A program made the translations under genes and the position numbers. A stretch of DNA of 63,999 nucleotides, counting the filler, from Octopus bimaculoides (taxonomy: Eukaryota), in the NCBI RefSeq assembly GCF_001194135.2. It is 9 parts of 9 records of this genome, joined end to end, with 100 filler letters (N's around TTAATTAATTAA, not from the genome) between each part and the next. Parts side by side here need not be neighbours in the genome. Positions count along the whole stretch, not along the records: positions 23,314 to 31,733 come from NC_068989.1; positions 31,834 to 36,399 come from NC_068988.1; positions 36,500 to 56,514 come from NC_068983.1; 6 more parts are not named here. One strand, written 5' to 3'. Positions 25,834 to 39,309 of this stretch are shown piece after piece. The notes below the pieces were generated by a model, which saw only the letters and a list, made by a program, of their open reading frames with translations, ran no database searches and was not told the origin of the DNA. Position 1 is the first letter of the stretch. Every line of letters begins with the position of its first letter.

Positions 25834-27099
25834 GTATATTAGAGTAGCACATTACTACATATATATATATATATATATATATAGGGGAGAATATACAAAA
25901 AATAACAACAGACGAGGACAGGTGGTGTAAATAACAAAAGTATATATTAGTATGACGCTCGGGAATACGGAAAGTCTTTGACNNNNNNNNNNATATATAT
26001 ATATATATACATATATACACATATATGTTTGTATGCATACATAAATAAATTAGAAAATCTTTAAAGCCATTTGTACCGCAAACATATTTTCTCGTTTATT
26101 GCTAAACAAATATTAAATTAAGGAACATATTAAATATTACATAATCGCCATTACACTACAAACAAACGTTCTGTTCTATTTGTGCATAAAGTAGATTTCA
26201 AGCAAGACAATTTCCGAAATTGAATGTCATACCGATGTCCAACTTTATTTTTCCCTCGAAAAGAGAACTTAAGCTTCTGGCAAACATAAATCTATAATAA
26301 AGAAGTAAACAGGTAGATTTATTACCAGACAACAATATTATTGCGAATAATATGTACGTGTACAATAAACGTAACTACATAACTGGAGACTTGATGTAAT
26401 TATATTCTGGTGAAGTATTGGCTTAGTCTTCTGCTATAGCACAATATCTGAATAAAGTTGAACAGCTACTCTGAGAGAAACAAGAACAAGAACAGCAACG
26501 GCATCGCCAGCAACAACAACAAAGATCAACATCTAATAATTTGTCGCAGTGACCTGTGGAGTGACCTGTCTGTCTTTAAAGAAATCATAATGTCAGTTAT
26601 TGACACAAACATTTCCTTGCATTGAAAAATCAAACATATATTTATTACAGTCAACTATAGCTTCTTCTCTTACTGTTATTCATTCTATTCCTTGCTTTTC
26701 TCCTCGTCTTCTCCTTTCCATTCTACTCCAGTACTACCACAACTTAATACCCATACTGCTGCTACTGCTTTAAAATGCATGTCGGTCTTTCCGGTACCTT
26801 TATTTCTCTACTCTGAAAGTTTTCTTTTATATGGCGTGAAGATTTTCCATCTTTTTCCCTGAGTAAGAGGTACATCATACCGACAGGTTTTACATCACTA
26901 CTACCCAATAGGTCTTTTAGTGTAGTTTTATCCTTTACTGGTATTTTAAGCCAGGCCTGAGGGATACCGTGATATTTTGGTGGATCACCAATCACTACAC
27001 TCCTCAACGAGCCAAAAATTCGTTTTCTAGTCTTCTCGCTTACAAATGTGGTCTTTATTTCACTCGAAATCACTACCATCGTCTCTTACTCAGGCAGAA

Positions 27100-28330
27100 A
27101 CCTTGCAACTAATTCTTTTCCGAGATACAAGTTTCTAATCGCCTAGCAATAATCATTTCCTATGTTCGAGAAATCCTGTATTCAAAATTCACCACGAATG
27201 TTCTTTAAATAGATTCCGCTTTCTATGCCTGTCATTTCACTTACTTGAATATCGTCAACAGTGATATTCAGATTCAACGTCGATCCATATCAATCATTGC
27301 TTTTTTCCAGATCACTGAAGTTTCCAGATCCTCAGCAACATAGCTATTGTAAACCCTTCCACTTTGAGGACATATATGTAACTTCATCTTTACCTGTAGC
27401 CTTAGTTCTCGATGACCTCTACGTTCACAGTCCCTGGTAGATTACAATCCATATTCATGTTGCCAACGAAGAAACCTAATCTCTTGACAATCCTTAAGTC
27501 GCCATATAATCTTTTTCCTTCCCTACAAGCTCATATTCCGAACACAGCTGATATCATTTTTCACATCCAGACCTAATCTATATCAAACAGTAGCGACATC
27601 TGCACCTCACGGGTCGTCCGCCCACTGGCTTATTGCAGTTACTAAAAACACAAGCACATGCCAGATAGGAACGCACACTCCACTCCCTAAAGCATTTCAA
27701 GTTATCCGACAGTTTAGTCTTCCACCATTTTAATGCTAACTCTTCCTAGAGGAACACGTTCCTTGTTCTTCACCCATCAGAAACGACCAGGTAAGCGACT
27801 GAAACTAAACTTTTTGGTATATCCCTCCACATCCCAGCCAATGAAAGCGCAATATCTTCAGTCTTCTAAGTTTTTCACTCGAGTTACACTGTCGATTTAA
27901 AATCTCACCCACCTCTAAGAACTCAACAATGCACCTTTTGCAAGAACATTATCCGAACAGTACAAAATGATATTCTTTATCAGACATTCCTCAAGCATCC
28001 CCACTTCCCAAACTATAGTCCACTTTTCTGATCCCCCCAAAAGAATTAATCACATTTACAGAATCTTCTTTTAATCTACTTCTGTATATTAATAGTTTGT
28101 GAGCAGTATCATCGCAGAACAAGCCTTCACTTTTGCTGCCGCCTTGTATCCAACTCCACATAGCACACCCTTGGCAAACTTCCTCCAAATCAAGCGCTTT
28201 CACTCTCTCCACCATGTTCACACTTTGCAACCGCACGCGCGCACGCACGCCACAAGTAAAAGTAAATCTGATTGCTCCAAAAGAACAAAGGCACCAGTCC
28301 TAACAACGCTTGGACGATTAGTTTCCAGGT
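27100..28330 (-). mobile_element. Heavily degenerate sequence, possibly RTE-like LINE C-terminal remnants
   Basis: Fragments such as EKLRRLKILRFHWLG and VERVKALDLEE weakly recall the RTE C-terminal EKLRxxRLRWFGHV; many stops. Confidence 0.3.
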
Positions 28331-28737
28331 CAATATGATCATTATCCAAGCCAGAACTACACCTGATGATTTCATTCTTTTTCACTGGCTTCGGCTTTCT
28401 AATGTTTTGGTTTCGGTTCAACCTAAGCGCCTGAAAAATGCAATGGTTTATTAACTCGAGTAATGGAGTAGGTATTGATTCGATGCTACGACTGTTTTCC
28501 AGAATGTGTGGAACATGTTTTGTTCAATATGTAATGTAATTAAATAGCATTGATGGTTTCGGTGATATAGGTAGGATAACAATGAGAATAACTCATATAT
28601 GTCACATCCTTGAATTCTCTCGAGAAGAATATGTTGAGCATAACGGATAAAACAGAAATGCCAAATTGCAATATCTTTTGAGGGTGTAAGAAACCAAGCA
28701 AAAGAAGTAATGCAAAAGTATATATAAACAAGAACAC

Positions 28738-29097
28738 AAGCAGAGCGTAAACCTCCGTCAAGGCAACATCAGCCTCTTCTCAACGATTAGCGGAGATGAT
28801 TTTAAAAATGAGAATATCTGAAATAAACTCGATTGCTCTCACAAGCGAAAATACTAAAAATGAACCCGACTGCTCTCAGAAATTAAATAAAAAGGCAGGA
28901 AAAATAATCCAGAATTGTTTCCGGTGCCAAGTCGATCCCAAAATCTAAGTAATTCATGCCAGTCAAGAGGTCAAACATCCTTAAAAGTTTCATCCGAATC
29001 CATCCGGCGGTTCTTGAGATACCTTGTCCACGGACAAACGAATAAACAAACACACGACTGAAAACAACACCTCCACTTTCGCTAAGGCGGAAGTAAT
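28738..29097 (-). mobile_element. Helentron/HINE-like non-autonomous element
   Basis: Minus strand begins ATTACTTCCGCCTTAGCGAAAGTGGAGGT (short hairpin) plus a TGTT-type repeat, and ends TTGACGGAGGTTTACGCTCTG; sub-terminal inverted motifs ACCTCCG/CGGAGGT. Confidence 0.5.
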
Positions 29098-30519
29098 AAT
29101 GATATTAGATGGACAATTGCTATACTGATGAAAAATTTAATTTCTTAAAAGTAGTTACTCATGATATGAAATTTAAATGTCATAATGTTTTTGTTAATTA
29201 CTTGTTTTGTTGCTTTCTGCGTTCGATACTTTAGAATATAAACATCTTTAAATAGATAAAAAGTTTTGTTTTAGCTATTTCTGTTTAAATAAAGATTTAA
29301 GTAAGATCTCTATTACCATATATGTCCAACACTTATCATTTTATGAGTGTTCTTTTCTTTTGAAGTATGTATTCAGTAAAAGAAACTATGTATTCAGTAA
29401 AATATGAAGAAAAGAAAAACAGAAAAAAGGTAAAATTTGGTAAATACTTTATCTTCTTTCATTGCATCGTTTCCTTGTTTCATCTTTCACTCGTTATTCC
29501 CTACATATTTAATTTCAACACAAAGAGAACATTTTTGTTCATTAACGACAACTTAATGACATATCTATTCAGCATTTGATAACCTGAAGGCATTCTCTCT
29601 TGTGTACTGGTCACTAATTCACCTCATAATGAACTAACTTGTGACGAATGGACATACAATCGATATGCCATGCTGTACTATTACGTTTCTATTAGCCTCA
29701 AGCATTGTAGTTTGACCCATTCTTACGAGGATGATACGTCTCATTGCTTCCTAAGTATTACCAACCACATATCAGATTGATATGTATGAGAATGGAACAA
29801 TTTCAGTCTTATCTCTTTCAATAACAAAAGAAAGAAAGTGAATCAATCACATCAGGAAAACGTCATCGCACTACAAAACTAGAACATTCAAAATTCTTCA
29901 TCTAAATGAGGGACTTCAAATAAACCAAGTATATTTTCTGGTGAAAGGTCATCTTTAATAAAACTAAGATTGCATCTGAAAAACTGGTCCTTCCTTTCAT
30001 GGCCTTGAAAATACTTCAGCCATAAACAATTAATTACGAACTACAAAGCTCAGGTGAAACTCATGTTACTCACATATTAGTTATGTATTAGTCTAACGTC
30101 TTGGACAGTGATGCTTTTGCACACATATAGAGGCAATTTTCAAATCATCCAGAGAATGAGTATTCGATGAATCAGGCTTAGAATTACGGACATTCACTAG
30201 TCTCTGACAGACAGGCGCGATATTTCCTCACTGCATTTTCTACAGCTACTGCAATTGAGTTTACTCCTTGGAGGTGTCAGCTACTATGCTAAATCCACTC
30301 CAGCATTCACATGTCACACGTCTTGTTATCACTAATCATACTTGGTCCCTATTAACAAGGCCTTGCTATAACTACGCTTCTCCTGCTAGTTTTGACTAGC
30401 AAAAGAGTTAGCAACGCATCGACAACATAAGATTCGCCACCTTAGTGAGTCTGCGAATGCTATATGCGTTGTTTTCCGCAGCAAACTGCACATATAAAAC
30501 ACGCGCGCGGGGGCGTACG

Positions 30520-30568
<49 letters not shown>

Positions 30569-31695
30569 NNNNNNNNNNNNNNNNNNNNNNNNNNNNNNNN
30601 NNNNNNNNNNNNNNNNNNNNNNNNNNNNNNNNNNNNNNNNNNNNNNNNNNNNNNNNNNNNNNNNNNNNNNNNNNNNNNNNNATACCTATGTATATTCATT
30701 CATTCATTCATTTCTTTGTTCTTTCCGTTACTAGGTATGAATGGTTTGGAAAAAGCTGAGGGATTCGGGGAAATCATTGGTGTTCGAAGTATTAATGGGT
30801 GGTGAGCATTTTAGTCAAGAGGTGTAGTGAATATTGAAATCTGGAAAAAGCAATGGATTTATAACGGGCGACAAAGCAAATATTACATAGTCGCTCGCCT
30901 TACTAGAAAGAGCAGTGAAATATCCTCCGAATAACATCTTGTTTTTAGAAACAACATACTGGCTAATATGGTTAGTGTGCGACTGGGACTATGTTTGACG
31001 CACGCAGTTTGAAAGCCTTGGACCATTAGTTTTCTTAATTGCCAACATATTCAATGCATGTTTTGGAGTGAAATTAATCAATATCGATCTATCATTAATA
31101 TTATTTCCATTTTAATTTTTTTTTTAAATTAAGGCTTTGATTTGCTAATGTAAAAATATCCATTCAGGTATTCTGTTCTTATCGGAAATTCTTTCTTCTT
31201 TATAACACGATGACCCTCCATAAACTCAAACTAAACTTTCATTTAACTGATTTTCAGATATCTGAGATGGTGCTGACGACATATAAAAAAAACCGACATA
31301 TCGATACACACACGTGACATGTGGCACAGGAACGGCTGCTACACCTAACCGAGGTTGTGGTGGTGAACGGGTAAATAAACCTTTGACAGGAGACAGAGAA
31401 GAACACGTCTTCTTTGTTCCAAATACAACAGAGAGAATAAAAGAAACAAACACAAGTTAGGAGAAGAAAGACGGCCGATGGTCACGTGGGAACCACATGA
31501 GAAAGGGAGGAGGAGTGAGAGAGAGATCGTGACAGAGTAATAGGATAGAATTGTGGGAGAAGAGGAGGTAAAAGAATAAGAGAGGAAAACGAAAGAGTAA
31601 AAAGATCGTATAGAGCGTACATCAGAATTATTAAGATAAAACTTACTTGGAAGAGGATGCGTGGTGTTCAATCATATAATTATATAATTAATACA

Positions 31696-31733
<38 letters not shown>

Positions 31734-31833
31734 NNNNNNNNNNNNNNNNNNNNNNNNNNNNNNNNNNNNNNNNNNNNTTAATTAATTAANNNNNNNNNNN
31801 NNNNNNNNNNNNNNNNNNNNNNNNNNNNNNNNN

Positions 31834-31881
<48 letters not shown>

Positions 31882-33439
31882 GCTTCGTGTGCAGTTTCCG
31901 CCCAGAGGAACTACACTCGCAAGACTTGGGTTTACTTGAGGTTACGGTAGATGACACTTGGTCAGATCACTGTGAGCTGAGTTCGAATCTAGAACCCCAT
32001 TACTGCCAAAGATATTTTGTCAGCACACAGCTGTGTCTGCGCCCAGATGTGGACGAAAGATTTAGTGATTTTGTTTCTAGGTTTTGCGATGATGTTATTT
32101 CTCGTATATGAGTATTGATAGCCACAGGGATTCTGAAAGTAAAACATTGCAATAAGAAAATAAAATGCATCATTAAAGATATTTTATTAATTAAGAGAGG
32201 AAGTGACAGAGAAAGAGGGAAAGAGAGAGAGAATTACAAAACATTACGGAAGTGAATATAATTAAAGTATTCTGCATTTTTCTTTATTATTCATTCAAAT
32301 TATGATAATTGAACACAAAGATTTATTCCTATATTCTTAATTTTTAATTACCGTAAAATTTCACTCCACTTGCTATGATGACTAATTTAAATAGGCACTT
32401 TAAATAAATTGGCATCTAAAGAACATTTCTGGCTGCCTTGTTGCTAACACGCAAAATGGTAATCATGCAAGAAAAAGTTATCCACAGTTTTGTATTATCA
32501 CAGCCAATCACAAACAAATGTGTATCATCTTGTAGCATATATGATGCTTGCTTTCGATAATTGTTATACATATTTCCTTCAACCAGCGGAACCTGCTAGA
32601 TGTGACAAGTGGAGGGATAGTTTGCTGCGTCAGTACTTTGTTGTTTCCTATTTTCAGTCGCGTCAACTGGAAGCAACTTGAAACGAAGTGTCTTGCTCAA
32701 ACATACAACACATTGTGTAATCCACGAATCGAACTCTCAAACTTGCAATTATCGGCACATCGCATTAATTAATAAGTCACGTGCATTCATCACACACATA
32801 TGCACGCGCACAAACACACACTCACTAATAGCACATGAATATTGAACAGTATATGTTATAATTGATCCTAGTAACTTTGTATTTTTCAAGATGCTCAACA
32901 GGTTTTCAAACACATACACACGCGTGAACACACATTTATATGATTTAATAACAGTTTGACTTACCTCCATGCAAATCAGGTTGCGTAGGCTCGCAGAAAG
33001 AATCAAGATCGTCAGGCGTTTAGTGACCAAGTAACAGGATATGAAACAAATTCAAGATGGCTTCAAATTTCTCGGTGTTGCTGTTGATCAGTCTTTCTTT
33101 TTTTTTCGATTGATGTAGTCGAACAGATGTTGATAGGTCTGTTATCGCTATGTCTGGAAACTGTTGCATCGTTTATTTAGCGAAATCAGTTCGTTGCATT
33201 TGCTACTACAGATGGCAGAGTGGGGTGTTGGCACGGATTAGGATTAGGGGGAATAACCAGATTTGGAGGTGCTAGATTCAAATTAGCTGATACTACGTAG
33301 ACACATCAGTGTGGGTCGTGCTGTAGTCTATACGGGAGGTACAGGTTAAGTCCCATGCCCTTGAGTATGGTGCAAGCAAGCTTAAGGTGTATATTTGGAG
33401 TGTCGGCTTCCACTGGCTTAAATTTCAGTAATAGAGTCT

Positions 33440-33905
33440 AACTCTGGTGAAAACAATAAGATAGATAATTTTTCTTGTTGATGGATACTGCAGGTCAGGG
33501 GAGCATGTGTAGTGCCTCGTGGTGTCAGAGATGGCAACTGGGAGTTCATAGTAGGTACGGAGGGGTTCTGTCAATGATACTTCATTTGATATTAGGAATC
33601 GTTCCGGTGATAAAACATGTCTCCAGATAAAACATGACAGGGGAGTGGAGTTTTCGCTTTACCTTCACCTCAAGGAGTGTATATGCTGTGTATACCTTCT
33701 CTTGAAGACGTTGGATGGCATGCCTTTGTAGTGTCTTGTAATGCTATCGGTTGGTGGGAAGGTGGCTCGTTTACCACAGTCCTTGAGAGGTAAGTTCCTA
33801 CTAGTAGGCAATTGGTAGAATTTCGAAACTTTCTTCATGTCGGAGTGTGTATTAGAGGTTGTGTAGGTAAAGATTTGCATCGTAGCGTGCGATGTTAGAA
33901 GCAAC
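33440..33905 (-). mobile_element. Penelope-like element GIY-YIG endonuclease remnant
   Basis: HYKGMPSNVFKRRYTQHIHSLR (YIGxTxxxFKxRYxxHxxSF-like), then STPLSCFIW, IK*SIIDRTPPY, CHL and INKKNYLSYCFH in the expected order of the PLE endonuclease C-terminus. Confidence 0.65.
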
Positions 33906-34744
33906 GTTGTCTAAGCAGGAGTAACTAGCCTTGCCTTTGTGAGGGCTGTAAAGTTTATAATACTTATGGGTACTAGGGAAGAGTTTATTTAATCAGCGAC
34001 ATGAAGCGCCTAACTATGTTGGTTGAAAATTCTAGATTAAACGTAGGATTGAACCAGGTTATATTTCTGATTCTGATTCTCTTCGGATTCGAGTTCAGAG
34101 GTGATGTCCTCCACATCAATTGACTCCTCAGTGAATCTGTTCCTAGACACTGATTTCAAACTTTGGCACCAAGCCAGCGATGTCAGAGAATGGGAAAGTC
34201 GATTGCATCGGCCCCAGTGCTCAACTGATACTTATTTTATCGACCCGAGACGATATATATATGTAGGTAGGTAGGTAGGTAGGTGGGTAGGTAGGTAGGT
34301 AAGTAGGTAGGTAGGTGATTGTTTATCTACGTAATGGTTTTTATGTATGTATAGGTAACATTGTGGTATGGGGACTGTTTACTTTTTTCTAAACACATTT
34401 TATTAGTCTTGATATGGTCTGATTGTCTCTGTTTAAATAAGCAACAACTGGCAAAAGTCCGAAATCACAATCAAAATTTCGACAAAGCTAGATTTCTATA
34501 GTAAATATTAAACTCTGCATTGAGTCTTCATTTAATCATAGCCTTTAATTTAGCGCGCGTGCGTGTGTGTGTGTAAAACGATAAATGATGTTAGAAGTAT
34601 TTCCGTATGTTAACGAAATTAATATCGAAGTTGTATTATTTAAATATGTGATGTTATCATTTGCCGAGACAACATTTCAGCAATCTAATAAAAAAAAACA
34701 CACAGTACAGTCAATTCGTTATTTTACCAATTCTTTCGTTTACA

Positions 34745-34814
<70 letters not shown>

Positions 34815-35238
34815 NNNNNNNNNNNNNNNNNNNNNNNNNNNNNNNNNNNNNNNNNNNNNNNNNNNNNNNNNNNNNNNNNNNNNNNNNNNNNNNNNNNNNN
34901 NNNNNNNNNNNNNNNNNNNNNNNNNNNNNNNNNNNNNNNNNNNNNNNNNNNNNNNNNNNNNNNNNNNNNNNNNNNNNNNNNNNNNNNNNNNNNNNNNNNN
35001 NNNNNNNNNNNNNNNNNNNNNNNNNNNNNNNNNNNNNNNNNNNNNNNNNNNNNNNNNNNNNNNNNNNNNNNNNNNNNNNNNNNNNNNNNNNNNNNNNNNN
35101 NNNNNNNNNNNNNNACAAGGCTTTGGTCGGCCCGAGGCTATAGTAGAAGACACTTGCCCAAGGTGCCACGCAGTGTAACTGAACCCGGAACCATGTGGTT
35201 GGTAAGCAAGCTACTTACCACACAGCCACTCCTGCGCC

Positions 35239-35289
<51 letters not shown>

Positions 35290-36213
35290 TTTAGTTCGTA
35301 CATGCTCATACCAGTTCTGTGTTACTTCATATTGGTATTTTTGGAATAAGAGCCAATGAAGGTACATACACACTTTATCGTGGTGACGCTTGTATTCATT
35401 TTTGTGCAAGGCTCTCACATCCACTTACCAAGTGGGTCACATTTTCCACACTCTTTCCACAGAGTCTGCATTTCAGGGTGTCAGAAGTTTTATAGATGTT
35501 ATACTTCACAGAATTGGTAGCGAGAGCCTGGTCTTGTACAGCAATGATCGACTTTCCGTGGTTCGCTCAAGTCATGTCCACGACGATGTATTATCCTTAC
35601 CGTCCTGTGTATTCAACGTCCTGTGTTCAAACTGTCCATGCATTCTCATTTCAAGAAGATCATTTCTCTTCTCAGCTCTTTGGTTAAACTTTTCCTTTCC
35701 TAACATTTCATCTGCATTTACACCCATATCTTTCGCGGCATATTGCAGCAGTTCTTCACCACTATTTATCAAATATTCGGCAAGCGTTCTCCTTTCGCTC
35801 CTTATACAATGGTCTGTACTAATTAGTCCTCTGCCACCATTCTTTCTTTTCATATACAGTCTGTTTTTGTTTGCTTTAGGGTGTAGCGCCCCTTGCAGCG
35901 TCATCAACCTTCTATCCAGTGTTGATATTTCCTCCTTAGTCCATTTGAGGATGGACGCACTATATTTGACTACCGAAACTGCCTAGATATTCATTGCGGT
36001 AATCAAAGTTTTGGCATTCAGGTTGGATTTCAACAACATCTTCACCCATTTTTGATACGTCTCGCTAACCTTGACTTTCATTTCTCTGTGTAGAGTGTCA
36101 TCCAGCTCCAAAATCCCTAAATGTCTATATCCCCTACCAACGAGGTCTCTCCTGATGGTAACCGCAATCCTCTGCAAGATGCTTTCTTCCCTCTTCTCAT
36201 ATTAAGTACTGAG

Positions 36214-36215
<2 letters not shown>
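35290..36215 (-). mobile_element. R4/Dong-clade non-LTR retrotransposon internal fragment, flanked by (TAA)n on both sides
   Basis: YRHLGILELDD, KSNLNAKTLITAMN, GALHPKANKNRLYMKRKNGGRGL, MHGQF and YKRHHDKVCMYLHW are motifs of R4/Dong RT thumb and CCHC-adjacent regions. Confidence 0.85.
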
Positions 36216-36295
<80 letters not shown>

Positions 36296-36514
36296 GTTCA
36301 GTAGTTTTATTTTTATAACGTGCTTTCACTTCACTACCGAACGCAGCTCTGTGCGCCTTGGGTATGTGCTGTGGTTTGCTGTGGTGCTCTTATGGTTACN
36401 NNNNNNNNNNNNNNNNNNNNNNNNNNNNNNNNNNNNNNNNNNNTTAATTAATTAANNNNNNNNNNNNNNNNNNNNNNNNNNNNNNNNNNNNNNNNNNNNA
36501 TATACATATATATA

Positions 36515-37779
36515 TTACGTCGTCAAGTATGAAATTTGCCGTAAGGTATATGGTAAAATTTGACAGCTGCTCATTCTGCGCCATTATTATATTTTGACAA
36601 TCTTTATTTTTGGTTGGAAAGCTGACACATCTATTTCTTTATTCTAAATCATTTTGCGCTTTATAAATACTTTATAAATCATGTTTTGCTGTTTTTGTTT
36701 AGAGTTGGATTAGTCGGATATTTGTACAGTTTTGAAATATGAGTTCTTTCTTGGAAATACAGCATCACAGACAGTTTGGAATATTAATGGAGTATTTCGT
36801 GCTAATGTTATTACACAGCAAACAATATCAAATTGGTTTGCAAAATTTCGTTCTGGTAAATTTGACCTCACAAATGAGCAGCGCGGTCGACCAGAAACAA
36901 GGGTGGATAATGACGAACTTGAAAGCCACCGTCGAGTCAGATCCATCTCAAATTGCCCGTGAATTATCGTTGTTGTTTGGTGTTAGCAAACAAACAATAT
37001 TGACTCATTTAGATCAAATCGGTAAAGTGAGCTAAGTTGAATAAGTGGGTTTCACATGAACTCAATGAAAATCAGAAACAGCAACGTTTGGAAGCCTGCA
37101 TTATGCTACTTTCTTGTCACAAAAATGTATCATTTTTGAATTGAATTGTAACATGTGAAGAGAAATGGATCCAATACAACAACCTTAAACGTTCAGCACA
37201 ATGGTTGGACAAATACGAGCCACCAAAACAGTCCAAAAAGTAAAATTCATCAAAAGAAGCTGATGGTGTGCATTTGGTGGTCTGGCGCAAGTGTGATCGA
37301 TTATGATTTCATTAAACCTGGCTCATCAATAACGTCCGAAGTATACTGCAGCCAAATGGACCAAATGATGCAGAAACTTAACAAAAAACAACCTAGATTA
37401 GTCAACTGATCCATGTAAGACAACGCCAGACCACACTTTGCAAAAATGACATTGGCGAAACTACAGGAGTTGAAGTTGGAAGTTCTCCGTCATCCACCAT
37501 ACTCATCTGATCGTGTTCCCACTTCTTACAGAATTTCGATAACTTTTTGAAAGGAAAAAAATTTAATTCCGATGATGCTGTAAAACAAGCCTTCCAAGAT
37601 TTTATTGACTCTAGATTGCCAGGCTTTTACAGTTCCGGGCTGGACAAGCTACCGCTGATAAGGCAAAAGTGTATTGACAATATGGGTGCATACGTTGATG
37701 AATAAAACGATTCCTTGTATATATAAAACATTAGCAAACTTTTGTTTCTTTTCTACAAATTTCATACTTGACGACCTAA
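36515..37779 (+). mobile_element. Full-length decayed mariner (Tc1/mariner) DNA transposon
   Basis: 24-bp TIRs TTACGTCGTCAAGTATGAAATTTG (36515-36538) and CAAATTTCATACTTGACGACCTAA (37756-37779), one mismatch, with TA on both sides. Transposase remnants across frameshifts and stops: WFAKFRSGKFDLTNEQRGRP, WVSHEL (WVPHEL-like), VTCEEKW, KLMVCIWWS, DNARPH, HPPYSSD (YSPDL-like), KCIDNMGAYVDE. Confidence 0.95.
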
Positions 37780-39309
37780 TATATATATAGACATATATAT
37801 ATATATTAAATTCAACTTACGGTGATAGTCAACAAAGTTTGGTTTAGGAGCGTTGAGATGTATGGAAACATACAGGGAAGGAAATAATTTGATTCTCAAA
37901 CGCAGGATAATGCTATTGATATAGCATGAACTGGATAAACCATCCATATTTTGCAGAGAAATCTGTCGGCAGCCAGCCATGAGACTCGAACTTACATCCC
38001 TATATATATGCACACACATATTATCTGTAATTCTGTATTGACTCGAATGGAAGAATGTATCGCTCAAAAAAGACTTCAGTTTGAACAATTTCCATGATGT
38101 TTCATATTTAGATGCTTTTATTAAATTCATTCAGTTGTTAAACATAAATAAATCTTGGAATTAAATGGTTTTGATTTACTGTCAGGTGACTTATCACCAA
38201 CCCTGTATATATGCATAAATACACACATACATACATACATACATATATATATATNNNNNNNNNNNNNNNNNNNNNNNNNNNNNNNNNNNNNNNNNNNNNN
38301 NNNNNNNNNNNNNNNNNNNNNNNNNNNNNNNNNNNNNNNNNNNNNNNNNNNNNNNNNNNNNTTTGTGTATACATTTCAAAAGTTCGATAAATAATGCAAT
38401 ATCTCTACCATTCACAATTAACTATCGATACCCATTCAGTATATATAGATTCAATTAGCTCAGTAATCGATGAAATGTTTTTCAACAAAAGTAAATAACC
38501 AATTTTGTATATTAGTATTTATCACTGATCAATCACATCTACCATCGTTACTTTCGTCCTTTCGTTCGGCCATTGTCTATCCAAAACTACATTATCAAAT
38601 GCGTCCTTCCCTTTTAAACACATTTTTTAAAAATTTTGTATCTCGAACGATCCTTGTGGAACTCTCAAGTTAACAAGTAGCTCCCTCACTCGTTACTATA
38701 GGCTGAAACTCTGAATTATGCCCCATGAATCATGGTAGATAATTGTTACGGTTCACTGCATATCAATTATGATATATTGATCCAGTTCAGTTATGGTATG
38801 ATTGTCACAACTGACTGAATACAGAGTTACATTTAGTCGCTGTGATGGATGACTAAGATTATGATTGTTACAGTTCACTGCACACTGGTTTGGTTTCTTT
38901 CTGTGGTTGCTAAATCGGAGTATTGGTGATTGTGACAGCTGGTTACACACGAATTACAATATAGGACTTTACTCCTTGTGACGCTTGAGTTATGTTGTAT
39001 ATCATAGTCATAGCCGGATGCACTAAAGGATAATCATGATTAAATACTTACTTAGTCAACAACCACAATGACTAGATAAGCCGCCGCAACGCTGCATCAA
39101 ACATCACCACTACCACCACCACCACCACCACAAAACTCATACCAGCTCAAGCATCACTATCGCAAGCAGCAAGGGTTTCATGCTCTGCCGGCTCAGGTAA
39201 AAAGAAGATTTCTAAATATGATTACTCGATGCACCTGCTAGAAATAATAGTTAAATCACCCTTTATGTCAAATACCGTCACCTCTTGGTATACGAAAAAC
39301 ATGGCATTC

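Noticed and set aside
30100-30400. Possible Gypsy RNase H remnants on the minus strand
   Set aside because: Only scattered 4-6 residue resemblances among many stops; cannot be supported without a search.
38738-38965. CRISPR-like repeat/spacer appearance
   Set aside because: Repeats are too divergent, there are no cas genes, and the context is eukaryotic. Kept only as a degenerate array.
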